IMG/VR virus record: IMGVR_UViG_3300038443_001477
Location: 1 to 64,000 of that record
Reading direction: 5' to 3' (one strand)
Origin: a virus
Lineage: Duplodnaviria; Caudoviricetes
Length of the DNA: 64,000 nucleotides
Position 1 is the stretch's first letter; the number at the start of each line of letters is the position of its first letter. The position numbers were made by a program, and so were the translations under genes. The notes beneath the pieces were generated by a model. It saw nothing but the letters and a program-made list of their open reading frames with translations, ran no database searches and was not told where the DNA came from. This document shows positions 19,351 to 28,894 of the stretch, one piece after another.

Positions 19351-19728
19351 TTAGGTATTGCCCTGCGGCGGATCGGTGGTCGTGATGGAGTGGGCCTTGG
19401 CGCGAGTGAACCCCGCGATCTTCCAGGGGAGCGCCTCCACCACGAGGTACTCGACCCCATTCCAAATAATCACATCGGGCTGGAAGCCCTGGCGTGCATC
19501 GCGCAGTGCGAATTGGCAGGTGACCTGGATGCCGTGCTCCGAGAGCTGGCCGTCGTCGCGGCGCTCCAACTCCTTGCCCTCCAGCGGCTTCACGCGCCCC
19601 CTCTGGCCGGCGAAGAGCGTCGGCGTGACGGCGGCGCGGCCATGCACGTCGATGCCCTCGGCTTGGCGGCGGACGTCGAAGAGTTCGGTCAGGAAAGGAT
19701 CGTTAAGGACCATGCTGACGTCGATCAT
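19351..19728 (-). CDS. head closure/head-tail adaptor protein
   Basis: DVS.VL.DP.L...F.V.R; PD.I.W.G.EY.V. Confidence 0.7.
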   Translation of the reverse strand: MIDVSMVLNDPFLTELFDVRRQAEGIDVHGRAAVTPTLFAGQRGRVKPLEGKELERRDDGQLSEHGIQVTCQFALRDARQGFQPDVIIWNGVEYLVVEALPWKIAGFTRAKAHSITTTDPPQGNT

Positions 19729-20370
19729 TTACCTATCCTTTCTCTTGCTCCGGGCGCGGATGACGAAGTTGACCGCGTTGCGCATCTGGCCGGTGTCGAT
19801 GAGGGGCTTGGCTGTCGTGAGGGCGGTGGCGAGGTCGAAGAAGGGGTCCTCGCCGAAGTCACGCATTGCGGAGCGGCGGTCCAGTTCTATCTGGGCAGCT
19901 CGCGCGATGGCGCTCTTTTTGCCCCGGCGGGCCCGCTCCTTGAGCGTGCGGTCGGAGAGTGGGGGAGGGATGCCCTCGTTGATCTTCTTCTGGATCGCCA
20001 GCTTGGCGGTCAGGCCGGCGGCGATCATGGCCTGCTCCATCCGCACCGCATCCCCTCGCATCGCCTGCTTCATAGCGCCGCTCAGGGCGCGCTCGATCTT
20101 CTCCCTGTTATCCTCCAGCGCGGGGAGCATGAAGGGGCGGGCTGGGATGTTGGCTTCGGGGGCGCCTTGGTCGTGGATGTAACCGAGGGCGGCATTGGTG
20201 ATGCCGCGGTGCTCGGGGTCGTCTTTCGGGTCTTCGTCGCGGGCTGTGGTGTCCTCGGGGAAACCCACCAGAACCTCCAGGCTCGCCAGGAGGTCAAGGT
20301 TCTCCCGGACCTGCTCCAGATTACCGCGCGTGACCCTGACGCCTGTGTTGTTCTTGTAGGTCGAGGCCAT
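19729..20370 (-). CDS. neck/tail completion protein (HK97 gp10-like)
   Basis: V.VG.PE, NA.LGYIH..G.P..NIPARPF, KPLIDTGQMRNAV. Confidence 0.8.
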   Translation of the reverse strand: MASTYKNNTGVRVTRGNLEQVRENLDLLASLEVLVGFPEDTTARDEDPKDDPEHRGITNAALGYIHDQGAPEANIPARPFMLPALEDNREKIERALSGAMKQAMRGDAVRMEQAMIAAGLTAKLAIQKKINEGIPPPLSDRTLKERARRGKKSAIARAAQIELDRRSAMRDFGEDPFFDLATALTTAKPLIDTGQMRNAVNFVIRARSKRKDR

Positions 20371-20376
20371 GGAGGC

Positions 20377-20829
20377 TTAGAAGGGCGAGGGGAAGGGCCC
20401 AGGCCATGCCCCGTAGCCCCCGCTCTCGCAGGGCCCCGGGACGCCGATGTGGAGGCCCCCGGCCCCCATCATCTTCGCCATCTCCCGCCAGCGGAGGCCG
20501 TAGGTCGTCAGCGCGTACTGACCATCCTTCGGGTCCATGGCGACCGCTTGACGCGTCCAGCTCGCGTCATCGGCGCTCATGCTGGTCACCGCGCCCACAG
20601 CAGCCCCCGGGCCCTGGCCTCCAGCGGCGCCCTTGGTGCTGTTGTATTCCAGGGTGAGGTTGTGGGCAACAAAGAGCATCACGCCCGTATCGAGGAGCGT
20701 GCCCCAGCGGTCGGGGTTGTGGCGCTGCGTGCCCACGTCGATCCACATCTGCACCATCGGATCGGGGTAGTCGGTGGGGCTGGCGAAAACGGGAAAAGCC
20801 CCCCTGAAGGAGGCGACAGTAACGGTCAT
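20377..20829 (-). CDS. head-tail connector (DUF4054-like)
   Basis: FR..FP.F.....YPD..V..W, LF.AHNL, T.YG.R motifs. Confidence 0.8.
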   Translation of the reverse strand: MTVTVASFRGAFPVFASPTDYPDPMVQMWIDVGTQRHNPDRWGTLLDTGVMLFVAHNLTLEYNSTKGAAGGQGPGAAVGAVTSMSADDASWTRQAVAMDPKDGQYALTTYGLRWREMAKMMGAGGLHIGVPGPCESGGYGAWPGPFPSPF

Positions 20830-20867
20830 GGCTTGCTCCTCCAGGGGCGGTGGTCAGGGGAGGGCGC

Positions 20868-21167
20868 TCAGTCTTCCGACGGAGCGATGTGCTTCTTGGC
20901 GTACCAGTGCTCGGTGTGCGCCTTCGGCATCTCGTGCGGGCCGACGCCGTACTCGTGCTCGGCGTCGTCGTCGGTGCGGAGGCGGAAGGCCGTGTGTACG
21001 ATCACGCTGACGGTCTCCTCCTTGCGGCGAGGCCGGGGCTTCAACGCGTCGGCGTCGGCATCGGGGGCGGCCGGCTGCTGGCCCGCGCCGTTGGCGGCGC
21101 CGGAGTTGGCGGCGAGGCGGGGGTCGGTCGGGCCCGTTGGCGTCGGGGGCTTTTGTTCGTCGGACAT
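20868..21167 (-). CDS. small virion-module protein
   Basis: GGAG RBS; C-terminal F.L..DD..E.EY.VG..EMP.....HWY. Confidence 0.65.
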   Translation of the reverse strand: MSDEQKPPTPTGPTDPRLAANSGAANGAGQQPAAPDADADALKPRPRRKEETVSVIVHTAFRLRTDDDAEHEYGVGPHEMPKAHTEHWYAKKHIAPSED

Positions 21168-21193
21168 GGCTGGTATCTCCAGGTGAAATGGGG

Positions 21194-21224
21194 AAGAAGA
21201 AAAGGGAGGGCCGGAGCCCTCCCT
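21194..21224 (-). terminator. intrinsic terminator after major capsid gene
   Basis: AGGGAGGG-CTCCGG-CCCTCCCT stem then TTTTCTTCTT. Confidence 0.75.
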
Positions 21225-21245
21225 CATGTCGCCGCTAGGAGCCGC

Positions 21246-22439
21246 TTACAGGCCGTCGCGGTAGCCGATCGTCTCGGGGTACACGACCTCCACCACGCCG
21301 AGGCGGCAGTAGTAGGTGCTCTTGTGGAAGAGCGAGTCGTATTGCACCGGCGTGCGCTGGAGCATCGTCATCGGGTAGCGGATGTAGTCGGTGCGCTGGG
21401 TGTAGGCCACCATGCGGTCGACCGTGCCGGCGGTGCCGATGGTGCCGCCCGAGCCCGAGCCGATGCACCACTTGGAGGGCTGGATCTCCAGCGCCTGCCC
21501 GGTGCTGGTCTTGAGGATGTTGTTCTCCAGCAGGTACTTCAGGATGGAGACCGAGCCCGCGGTGGACACCGTCTGCGTGCTGATCCAGCCGAATTGCGTC
21601 GGCGGGATCAGGATCTTGTTGGGCATCACGGCGAACGCCGAGGCAGTCCAGACCGAGATGAGGAGGTCGTTGACGTCCTTCAGGATCTCCGCCGGGCTCT
21701 TGTTGGTCCAGAGCGGCGAGGCGGAGGCCCCGTTGACCACGTTGGAAACGTTGGTCACGAGCGCGTTGTTCAGGAGGCCGCCGACGTTGAGCACGCCGTC
21801 GCCGACGTACACCATCTCGTCGATGTCCATCTGGTGCTTCAGCTTCAGCGCCTCGTACTTCTGCGCGTCGATGGGGCGGCCCAGCTTCGCCGCGCTCTCC
21901 AGCTCCAGCACCGAGTACTTGATCTCCAGCGCCCAGGGGGTCAGGGGGTTGGGGATCTTCGCCGTGTCCACGCCGACGCCGCCGATCTGGTCGGTCGTCT
22001 TGCCCGCCCAGGCCTTGCCGGTGCGGATGCCGTGGCCGGTGCCCAGGGTGCCGGCGCTGGCGAAGTTGGTCAGGGTGAAGGACGAGAACTCGTCCGCCAC
22101 GCTCACGTCTTCGCGGAGGTTGATGTCGCGGCTCCAGGTGACCGCGGCGAGCGGCATGTGCAGCGTCTGGTCGAGGCGCTCCAGTTCACCGATCAGGAAG
22201 GAGCCGGTCGAGTCGACCGTGATCGACTTGCCGTCGTAGGTCTGGTAGGCGTAGCGGTGATCGAGCACGCGGCCACGGCAGTCGCCGAAGGCGTTGATCG
22301 GCGCCTGGGGCATCGAGTTCACGTCGAAGGTGGCGTGATCCAGGGTCAGCACGCGGCCGCCGACGACAGCCGGCGCGACGCCGGCAGCCAGGATGGCAGC
22401 GAGGCCCAGCGAGGAGCGGGCGATGTGTTGCGTTTTCAT
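21246..22439 (-). CDS. major capsid protein (DUF2184-like)
   Basis: VDSTGSFLIGELERLDQTL..PL...TWSRDI.LREDVS.AD; GRPID.QKY..LKLK.QMD.DE.VY.GD. Confidence 0.9.
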   Translation of the reverse strand: MKTQHIARSSLGLAAILAAGVAPAVVGGRVLTLDHATFDVNSMPQAPINAFGDCRGRVLDHRYAYQTYDGKSITVDSTGSFLIGELERLDQTLHMPLAAVTWSRDINLREDVSVADEFSSFTLTNFASAGTLGTGHGIRTGKAWAGKTTDQIGGVGVDTAKIPNPLTPWALEIKYSVLELESAAKLGRPIDAQKYEALKLKHQMDIDEMVYVGDGVLNVGGLLNNALVTNVSNVVNGASASPLWTNKSPAEILKDVNDLLISVWTASAFAVMPNKILIPPTQFGWISTQTVSTAGSVSILKYLLENNILKTSTGQALEIQPSKWCIGSGSGGTIGTAGTVDRMVAYTQRTDYIRYPMTMLQRTPVQYDSLFHKSTYYCRLGVVEVVYPETIGYRDGL

Positions 22440-22505
22440 GATGTCGATGTTTCCTTGATGTCCTGTGTTGGAAGGTGGGGGACTTCAGCGCGCTAGCTCA
22501 GGCGC

Positions 22506-23093
22506 TTACTTCCAGATACGGATCTCGGCGACGCCGTTGGCATCGGCGGGCCCGTTGAATTCGGCGTTGGCGATGGCGGCGGTGTTGCCGGCGGAGGCCG
22601 CGCAGCGGAAGCCCCCTTGCACATCGTTGCCGGCGGAGGCCGCGCACCAGACGAAGACCGCGGAGCCCTTGCTCGGAGCACCGGCGCCGATGTTGTCGAC
22701 CTTCACCATGACGAAACCGTCCTCGATGTAGTCGAGGACCGAGTTGGCGCCAGGAGGCGTGGCAGCACCGAAGGAGGCGCTCATGCCGCCCGAGGTCTGG
22801 CTGACCGGGTAGGGCCGCACCAGCACGCCGCGCAGCTTGGTGACCGCGGTATCGCCCGCCACGAAGCCACGGATGGTGTTCGTGCCGAAGATGATGGGGT
22901 CGCCATAGCGGCGGGGCGGGGTCGTGCCATCGGCTTGCGCGGGCAGCACCGAGAAGGGGTGGGTGCGGTTGATGTCGCCGGGGTAGCCCGCGTCCATGCG
23001 GTACTTGATGGCGGCGTCGTGGGTCGTGGAGCGGCGGGCGAGGGCGGGAGCGCACAGGGCCATCACCGCCAGGGCGATCAGAGACTTCTTCAT
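22506..23093 (-). CDS. capsid decoration/cement protein
   Basis: YRM..G.PGD.NR, G.L.RPYP, F.GPAD.NG..EI; directly upstream of MCP. Confidence 0.8.
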   Translation of the reverse strand: MKKSLIALAVMALCAPALARRSTTHDAAIKYRMDAGYPGDINRTHPFSVLPAQADGTTPPRRYGDPIIFGTNTIRGFVAGDTAVTKLRGVLVRPYPVSQTSGGMSASFGAATPPGANSVLDYIEDGFVMVKVDNIGAGAPSKGSAVFVWCAASAGNDVQGGFRCAASAGNTAAIANAEFNGPADANGVAEIRIWK

Positions 23094-23137
23094 GTCTTGT
23101 CTTTCGGAGTGGTAGGTAGGTTGGTGAGGGCCCGGCT

Positions 23138-24622
23138 TTACGCGCGGGGGCCTTGGGAAGCCCAGAACTCGCGGTTCGCCTTGTTGATGTCGGCGAACGA
23201 CTTCTTCTGGGAACCCGCCGGCTGCTGCGGTTGCGGCGTCGGCAGGGTGCGTGCATCGCCGGTGGCGGTGCGGGTGTTGTCGGCAGCCTTCGCGGCGGCG
23301 GCCGCCTTGAAGACCGTGGCGACGGCCTTGCAGTCGGAGCCGATGACGTCGAAGGGCTGGCCGCCGTTGGCAGCCTGGAGGAGGGCTTCACCGCCCTGCG
23401 ACGCGACGACCGCCGAGAGCACGGCACGGCGGCCCATGCACATCCGGTCGACGGTCGCCTTGCGCTGCGAGGCAGCGTCGAAGGTGGGCAGCTTGAAGCC
23501 CGGCGCCAGGATCTCCGCCTGCGAGAGGAAGGTCTGGTAGCTCGTGGCGAGGGCGGCGCTGTCCATGGTGGCAGTGGCCTCCGTGACGGCCTCCAGATCC
23601 TCGCCCTGGCTGCCGGCCGCCGGCGGGGGCGTCTGGGTGCTGGCGCCGCTCTTGATCGCAGCGAGGAGCTCCTTCACGTTCGCGCCGATCTCGTTCTGCG
23701 CGGCTTCGATGGCCTGGAAGCGCGCCTCGACAGCGGCGTCCATCGTCGCGGCCTTCGGGGGCTCCTGCGTGCCCTCGGCCTGCTTCTCAGGCGGCGTGGA
23801 GGTGGCCTGCTCGGTGGAGCCCGGCATGTGGACGTGGACGTGGACGCCCTGGTCGGCGTCGCCTTGTTCGGCGGCCTCCAGGTCGGCGAGGGCGTCGGCC
23901 ACGCGGGCGCGAGCTTCGACGAGCGGAATACGGGCGCGCTTGGTCGCGCCCCCGGGGTTCTGGGCTTGGGGCATGTTGTCCTCGTTGAGGTCGGTGGAAG
24001 AAAGGGTGTCCTCGTCGCCGATGGCGCAGCGAGGTCCGCACCTGCCCTTCTCGACGAGGGCAAGGTGGTTGCCGATGATCTGGCTCTGCTTCCCCTGGCC
24101 GTCGCCGGTCTGGGTGTAGCTGGCCTCGTAGCCGCAGGAGACCTCCCGCTTACCGCTCTGGATGTCACGGATCAGCCACTGGTCCTTGACGATCAGATCG
24201 GCCATGAGGCAGTCGGCGTCGGCGCCCTCACCCCTGAAGGTGCGGAGCACAAAGCCGCCGCCCAGGTGGGCGAAGTTCTGAGGCGTGACGGGCACCGGAG
24301 GGTGCTCGTTGGTGATCGCGACGCCGATGAAGGACCGCATCGTCTCTTCGCTGAAGAGGTCCTCGGGGCCGCGATGGATGTAGATGATCGGGGCCGCTCC
24401 GTCTTGCGTGGGCGCGGGGATGGGCACCTCGCCAGGGGCGTAGTGCATCCAGCCGGTGCGCGCGATGGGCACGTTTCGACAGAGCAGCGAGCCGTCGGGG
24501 AGCATTGAGCGGTTGGGCCCAATCTCCCCGACGGTCAAGGGTTCAGTGGCGGAGCCGCTGAGCGGCGGCCCACCTCCCGGGGGCCCGCGGTCGATGGTGC
24601 GGCTGCGTTGGGGGCGAGACAT
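23138..24622 (-). CDS. prohead protease/scaffold (DUF2213-like)
   Basis: AAGGAGG RBS at ATG 24622; DGSLLC.NVPIARTG...Y, T.EHP, GKREVSCGYEA.Y, I.GNHLALV..GRCG..CAIGD. Confidence 0.85.
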   Translation of the reverse strand: MSRPQRSRTIDRGPPGGGPPLSGSATEPLTVGEIGPNRSMLPDGSLLCRNVPIARTGWMHYAPGEVPIPAPTQDGAAPIIYIHRGPEDLFSEETMRSFIGVAITNEHPPVPVTPQNFAHLGGGFVLRTFRGEGADADCLMADLIVKDQWLIRDIQSGKREVSCGYEASYTQTGDGQGKQSQIIGNHLALVEKGRCGPRCAIGDEDTLSSTDLNEDNMPQAQNPGGATKRARIPLVEARARVADALADLEAAEQGDADQGVHVHVHMPGSTEQATSTPPEKQAEGTQEPPKAATMDAAVEARFQAIEAAQNEIGANVKELLAAIKSGASTQTPPPAAGSQGEDLEAVTEATATMDSAALATSYQTFLSQAEILAPGFKLPTFDAASQRKATVDRMCMGRRAVLSAVVASQGGEALLQAANGGQPFDVIGSDCKAVATVFKAAAAAKAADNTRTATGDARTLPTPQPQQPAGSQKKSFADINKANREFWASQGPRA

Positions 24623-24651
24623 CGGGCGGCCTCCTTTCGTGGATGCGATGC

Positions 24652-25407
24652 TCATACGACCGTGACGCCTCGCGTGGCGTAGTCGGCTTTGAGGGATTGA
24701 AACGCCTCGTCGATCTCCGCCGCACTCAGCGAGCGCTGGTAGATGGCGGCGAAATAGGCGTTGAAGTTGTTCGTCGTGATCGAGTCGGTGAGCTGGTTGC
24801 TCCCGATGGCGATCTGCGTCGTCGCCCACGCGCCGCGCGCAGCGGCGGTGTTCAATTGCGCGGAGGTCGCGACCTGCTGCACCCCGGCGCTGTAGTAATA
24901 GAGCTTGCCGAAGCCCCCCGTCCCCCGTTGGTTGTTCTTCCGGCTCAGGACCACCGCCTCGAAATAGATGTCGGTGTTGGCGGGCGAGGGCCGATTCGCA
25001 CCGCTGCTGTTCGCGGGCTCCCCGTTGGCGCCGTAATTGTTGGTGCCGAACTGGCGGAAGCCCACCCATGTCGAGGCGTGCCCCATGGCAAAGAGCTGGA
25101 CCCCGGCGCCTCCCTTGCGAATCAGGATCAGCGTGGCGTCGTCAGCGGGCGCAATGCCGGTGAGGAAGCCGTAGCCAGTAGTGGCGCTGCTCCGCAACTT
25201 CGCGCTGACCGCGTCGTAGACGATCTGGCTGCTCGGGTCCTGCAAGGTGAGGGGCTTGCTCGGGTTGGCGCGGTTCTTCTGTGATTCCGCCGCGCTTACG
25301 CCGAACACATACTCCCCCACCAGCTTCCGCCGGTTGGGGAGGCGGATGCCCTTGAGGGAGCCCGTGGTGAAGATGGCGTCGGCCAGCTTCAGGTTGACAG
25401 CGGTCAT
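24652..25407 (-). CDS. virion accessory protein, probable ConA/LamG beta-sandwich
   Basis: beta-rich, C-terminal A.FAAIY.R.LS.AEI LamG-type ending; ATGA overlap. Confidence 0.6.
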   Translation of the reverse strand: MTAVNLKLADAIFTTGSLKGIRLPNRRKLVGEYVFGVSAAESQKNRANPSKPLTLQDPSSQIVYDAVSAKLRSSATTGYGFLTGIAPADDATLILIRKGGAGVQLFAMGHASTWVGFRQFGTNNYGANGEPANSSGANRPSPANTDIYFEAVVLSRKNNQRGTGGFGKLYYYSAGVQQVATSAQLNTAAARGAWATTQIAIGSNQLTDSITTNNFNAYFAAIYQRSLSAAEIDEAFQSLKADYATRGVTVV

Positions 25408-27740
25408 GCGAAAGACTCCTCGAAAATCAAGGACGGCGCGTACATCGGCACCTCGCGGGGCAGGCCCGGGTCGATGTCGCAGGTGTCGTGCAGGTTGCCG
25501 CCCAGTGCGGTGAAGCCGTAGCGCAGCTTCCCGGGCAGTGCGTTGGTGAGCGTGATCCGCACGCGGCGCGACTTCGGGCCCACCAGCGCCACCGAGACGA
25601 TCGGGTTGTCGGTCACGCCATCGGTGCCGACCACCGAGAAGCCCTGGTTCGCGACCTGATCGAAGAAGGTCGTGGAGAAGGCGAGGGGGTAGCCCGTATC
25701 GGGCCACTCCGCCTCCACGACCTTGCCGGTGCGGATGATGCGCTGCGGGTACATCGTCGGCCACGTCGTCTGCCGCTCGTTGACCATCCGCTTCGCGGCG
25801 AGGCCGTAGTAGGCGCCGATGTGCGGGTAGCCCGTGCCGGCGCAGTGCACGTTCGTCGCGTCGAAGTGCTCGGCGATGTAGGTCGCCGTCGCGAGGATGT
25901 AGTTGGGGTTGGCCTTCGCCATATCCAACTGCGCGAGCGCCACGTTGGTACTCGTCGCGGTCGGCGCCCCCAGCAGCGTGCACTGGTAGCCGATCATCTT
26001 GATGTCATGGGCCTGCCCCGTGATCGCCTTGATGTCGGTGTTCAGGTCGGTGTAGAGCTGTTGCAGCAGCGCGAGGTAGGTTGCGCGCGAGGTGCCGTCC
26101 TGGGCATCACGCTCACCATGGGACCAGTAGATGACATCGACCGCGAAGGTCACGCCGAGATCCTGGGCGCGGGCGAGGCCGTAGGTGACGTCCGCGATCA
26201 GGTTGGTGTAGCCGGGCGTGCCTTTGCTCAGGCCCGCGATAGCGGTGTTGGAGACGCCCGGCGCCGAGCCCAAGAGCTGGTACTGGAAGTCGGTGTAGTT
26301 GATGCCGTCCTCGTCGCGGAGGAGCCGCTTCTGCATGCGGAAGGCGTTGCCCAGCGAGGTCTCGCCGTTGCCGGTCGGGGTGCTGCCCGACACGGGGCGC
26401 TCCTCGTAGGCGATCAGCGAGGCGTGATTCTGGTCAGCGGTGCCCGTACCCTCCTGTGCTCGCGGGCCCGCCCAGGCGGTGCCGTTGGCGTTGAACATCA
26501 GGCAGTCGAAGAAGCCGTCGCCCTGGTTGGAGAGCGTATTAAGCGTGCCGGCCTGCCCCAGCGAGAGCGATTGCCCGTAGATGATCTGCATCACCAGGGC
26601 AGCACTGAAGAAGAGGTTCTTCGTGCGCAGCCGGCGCTGCAGATCGTACTTCTGGTAGCCCAGTGCCACGTCCGCGTCCAGGCTGGCGAACTTGTGCACG
26701 CCCGCGCTGACCGTCATGGAGGCGTTGCCGTTGCCGTCCTGGACGGCATAGTCGACGCCCGCCAGAGGCCGCGCAGCGAGCGGCGTGGTCACAGCGGTCG
26801 TCGGAATCGGGCCCACGCCCGCCATCGCCGTCGCGACACCGGCGACGTTCTGGTAGGCGAGGAGCGAGAGGCCATCCGCCGACTGCACCCAGTAGCCCTT
26901 GTCGGCCCCAGGCAGAAAGGAGGGCGTCAGGGCCACCGCGGCGCCCGTCAGGCCTGCGCTGGCCGCGAAGCTGGCGGTCGGGGCGGTGACCGCGGCTCCG
27001 ATGGCGAGGCCGCTATCGGTGATGGTCACAGCGGTCAGGACATTGCCCGCCACAGTGAAGGTGCCCGTCGGATAGACCAGCCACCCCGAGCCGCCGGAGA
27101 GGGCGAGGGCGAAGGTGCCGTTGGTGCCGCCTGCGCCGGGGGTGATAGCGCCGACACCCGACTGCTGCAACACCTTCGGGACATTGCTCGCAGCGGAATT
27201 CGGGAACGCCTTCGACACCGAGCTCGCAAGCCCGACGCTGCCGAGCGCTGCATTGGCGCCCGCAAGTGCGGTGTTGAAGCTCAGGGTGCCCGCCGCGTAG
27301 TCGGCCTCGGCCTGCGCCGTCGCGGCTTGGCCGCTCGCCAGGAGGTCGCGCAGCCGCTTCGCCTGCCCGATGGCAAAGAACATATCCGCGTCGCTCAGGG
27401 GAGGGGCGACGAAGATGATGTCCTCCAGCAGGCAGTCCTGGTCGGGGACGAAGGCCTGGACGAATTGCCCGCTGGCCGGGAAGACATGCGCGCCGAGGGA
27501 GTCGAAGATGTCGACTTGGTAGCGCGTGCCTTGGGTGCCCAGGGCGTTCGGGAAGACGAAGATGTTGCCGAGGCCGTTGGCGTCGCAGGCGAGGTTGGTC
27601 GGCCCTGCGGGCACGGTGCCGCCGGTGTCGACCGTGTAGACGTCGTCGCGCAGCAGCGTCAGGCGGAGGGTGCCATTGGGCACAGTGGTGCCGACGACCT
27701 CGAACAGGTTGACGGCGACCTTCCTGGTTGGAATCGTCAT
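25404..27740 (-). CDS. virion spike/fibre with SGNH (SASA-type) carbohydrate acetylesterase domain
   Basis: IIYGQSLSLG (GQS nucleophile block), YWSHGERD, FDATNVH (D/H); N-terminal anchor and Ala/Gly/Thr-rich stalk. Confidence 0.75.
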   Translation of the reverse strand: MTIPTRKVAVNLFEVVGTTVPNGTLRLTLLRDDVYTVDTGGTVPAGPTNLACDANGLGNIFVFPNALGTQGTRYQVDIFDSLGAHVFPASGQFVQAFVPDQDCLLEDIIFVAPPLSDADMFFAIGQAKRLRDLLASGQAATAQAEADYAAGTLSFNTALAGANAALGSVGLASSVSKAFPNSAASNVPKVLQQSGVGAITPGAGGTNGTFALALSGGSGWLVYPTGTFTVAGNVLTAVTITDSGLAIGAAVTAPTASFAASAGLTGAAVALTPSFLPGADKGYWVQSADGLSLLAYQNVAGVATAMAGVGPIPTTAVTTPLAARPLAGVDYAVQDGNGNASMTVSAGVHKFASLDADVALGYQKYDLQRRLRTKNLFFSAALVMQIIYGQSLSLGQAGTLNTLSNQGDGFFDCLMFNANGTAWAGPRAQEGTGTADQNHASLIAYEERPVSGSTPTGNGETSLGNAFRMQKRLLRDEDGINYTDFQYQLLGSAPGVSNTAIAGLSKGTPGYTNLIADVTYGLARAQDLGVTFAVDVIYWSHGERDAQDGTSRATYLALLQQLYTDLNTDIKAITGQAHDIKMIGYQCTLLGAPTATSTNVALAQLDMAKANPNYILATATYIAEHFDATNVHCAGTGYPHIGAYYGLAAKRMVNERQTTWPTMYPQRIIRTGKVVEAEWPDTGYPLAFSTTFFDQVANQGFSVVGTDGVTDNPIVSVALVGPKSRRVRITLTNALPGKLRYGFTALGGNLHDTCDIDPGLPREVPMYAPSLIFEESFA

Positions 27741-27763
27741 GTCTTAATGCCTTCTTCTGGGAT

Positions 27764-28111
27764 TCAGGTGGTCGGGCCCTGCGGCGCCATGCGCGCGTAG
27801 AAGCCTTGGCCGTCGGAGAGCAGGAGGAAGATGGAACCGGGGCGCTGGAAGACTGGCCGCCAGCAGGCCGGGGTGGGCTCGCCCGCCACATCGACGATCG
27901 CAGCCTTGAAGAGCGGGCGCAGATCCTCCGGGATGCGCTCAGCCACCTCCGGGGCTTGGCAGGGCTCCATGGAGAGCTGCACGCGCACGCGATCCCCCTC
28001 CTTCATCTCCGAGTGCACGGGGGCGCTCAGGCCGAAGACCAGGAGCAGCGCGAAGGCCAGCATCAGCAGGAAGGCGAGGGGGCCGGGGTACTTTTGGATG
28101 AAGCGCCGCAT
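27764..28111 (-). CDS. secreted/membrane-anchored hypothetical protein (moron-like)
   Basis: GAGGAG RBS; N-terminal hydrophobic helix; Cys pair. Confidence 0.6.
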   Translation of the reverse strand: MRRFIQKYPGPLAFLLMLAFALLLVFGLSAPVHSEMKEGDRVRVQLSMEPCQAPEVAERIPEDLRPLFKAAIVDVAGEPTPACWRPVFQRPGSIFLLLSDGQGFYARMAPQGPTT

Positions 28112-28123
28112 GTTCGTATCTCC

Positions 28124-28885
28124 TCAAAGGTTGAAGTCGGGAAGCACGGGGTCAGGGAAGCAGCGGCAGTTGGGGCCGCAGCCGGCGTGATAGGGCGCGA
28201 GGCCCTTGTCTGTCTGAGGCGGATCGTCCCAGCGGACATACTTGCCGTTCTGGGCCTTGTGTGTGGGCCGAACCGCGCCGTCCTCGCTGGTGCGCCAGAT
28301 GTAGCCCTCGCTGCCCGCGTACATGGCGCGGGCCTGCGTGAAGCTGGAGGCCGCGCGGGCGACCTCTGTGCGCGCGATGAGCGTTGCCCTGGAGGCTGTC
28401 ACCTTGCCGCTGGCCCGGATCATCTTGGCGATCTCGTCCGCGCGTCTCGAGTCGACGAGGCCCTCCTGCACCAGCGCGTGGACGCGTTGCGCCGCCTTCC
28501 TGGGCAAGGACTGGATCAACTCCACCTGCTGCGACATGAGCGCCTGGAACACCATGCCCGTCGGCGCCTGCTCAATCTCCGCGCGCAGCGAGCGCCCCAT
28601 GTCCTTGCTCAGACGCTTCCACGCCTGGAGGTTGCGACGCTCGACATCCGCCAGCATGTAGCGGCTCACGCTCTCGGCCCAGGGTCGGAGTTGCTCCGCG
28701 TAGCGTTCGAGCGTGTGCCGGATGTAGCGCTCCGCGCCCTGATCGACAAAGCCGTCGTGTGCGAAGCCTTCGATGATGTTCTGCACCGCCCTCGCAACGC
28801 TGCGGAGCCGGGCCGCGTAGGAGCGTTCGGCCACGCGAGCATCCTCCCACCGGCTCCGCTTCCCGGTGCGGTCTAGTCGCGCCAT
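28124..28885 (-). CDS. head morphogenesis protein (MuF/SPP1 gp7-like)
   Basis: RATLIARTEV.RA, Y.WRTS.D..VRP.H...NG....WDDPP, GP.CRC.P.P. Confidence 0.85.
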   Translation of the reverse strand: MARLDRTGKRSRWEDARVAERSYAARLRSVARAVQNIIEGFAHDGFVDQGAERYIRHTLERYAEQLRPWAESVSRYMLADVERRNLQAWKRLSKDMGRSLRAEIEQAPTGMVFQALMSQQVELIQSLPRKAAQRVHALVQEGLVDSRRADEIAKMIRASGKVTASRATLIARTEVARAASSFTQARAMYAGSEGYIWRTSEDGAVRPTHKAQNGKYVRWDDPPQTDKGLAPYHAGCGPNCRCFPDPVLPDFNL

Positions 28886-28894
28886 GGCTCCTCC

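Noticed and set aside
19390-27800. Long + strand ORFs (19390-21186, 20850-22496, 25488-27800) and similar antisense ORFs elsewhere (12687-14105, 28919-30523, 57650-58918, 61909-63189)
   Set aside because: Shadow frames opposite well-supported genes; GC-rich codon bias removes stops on the antisense strand; no recognisable motifs or RBS
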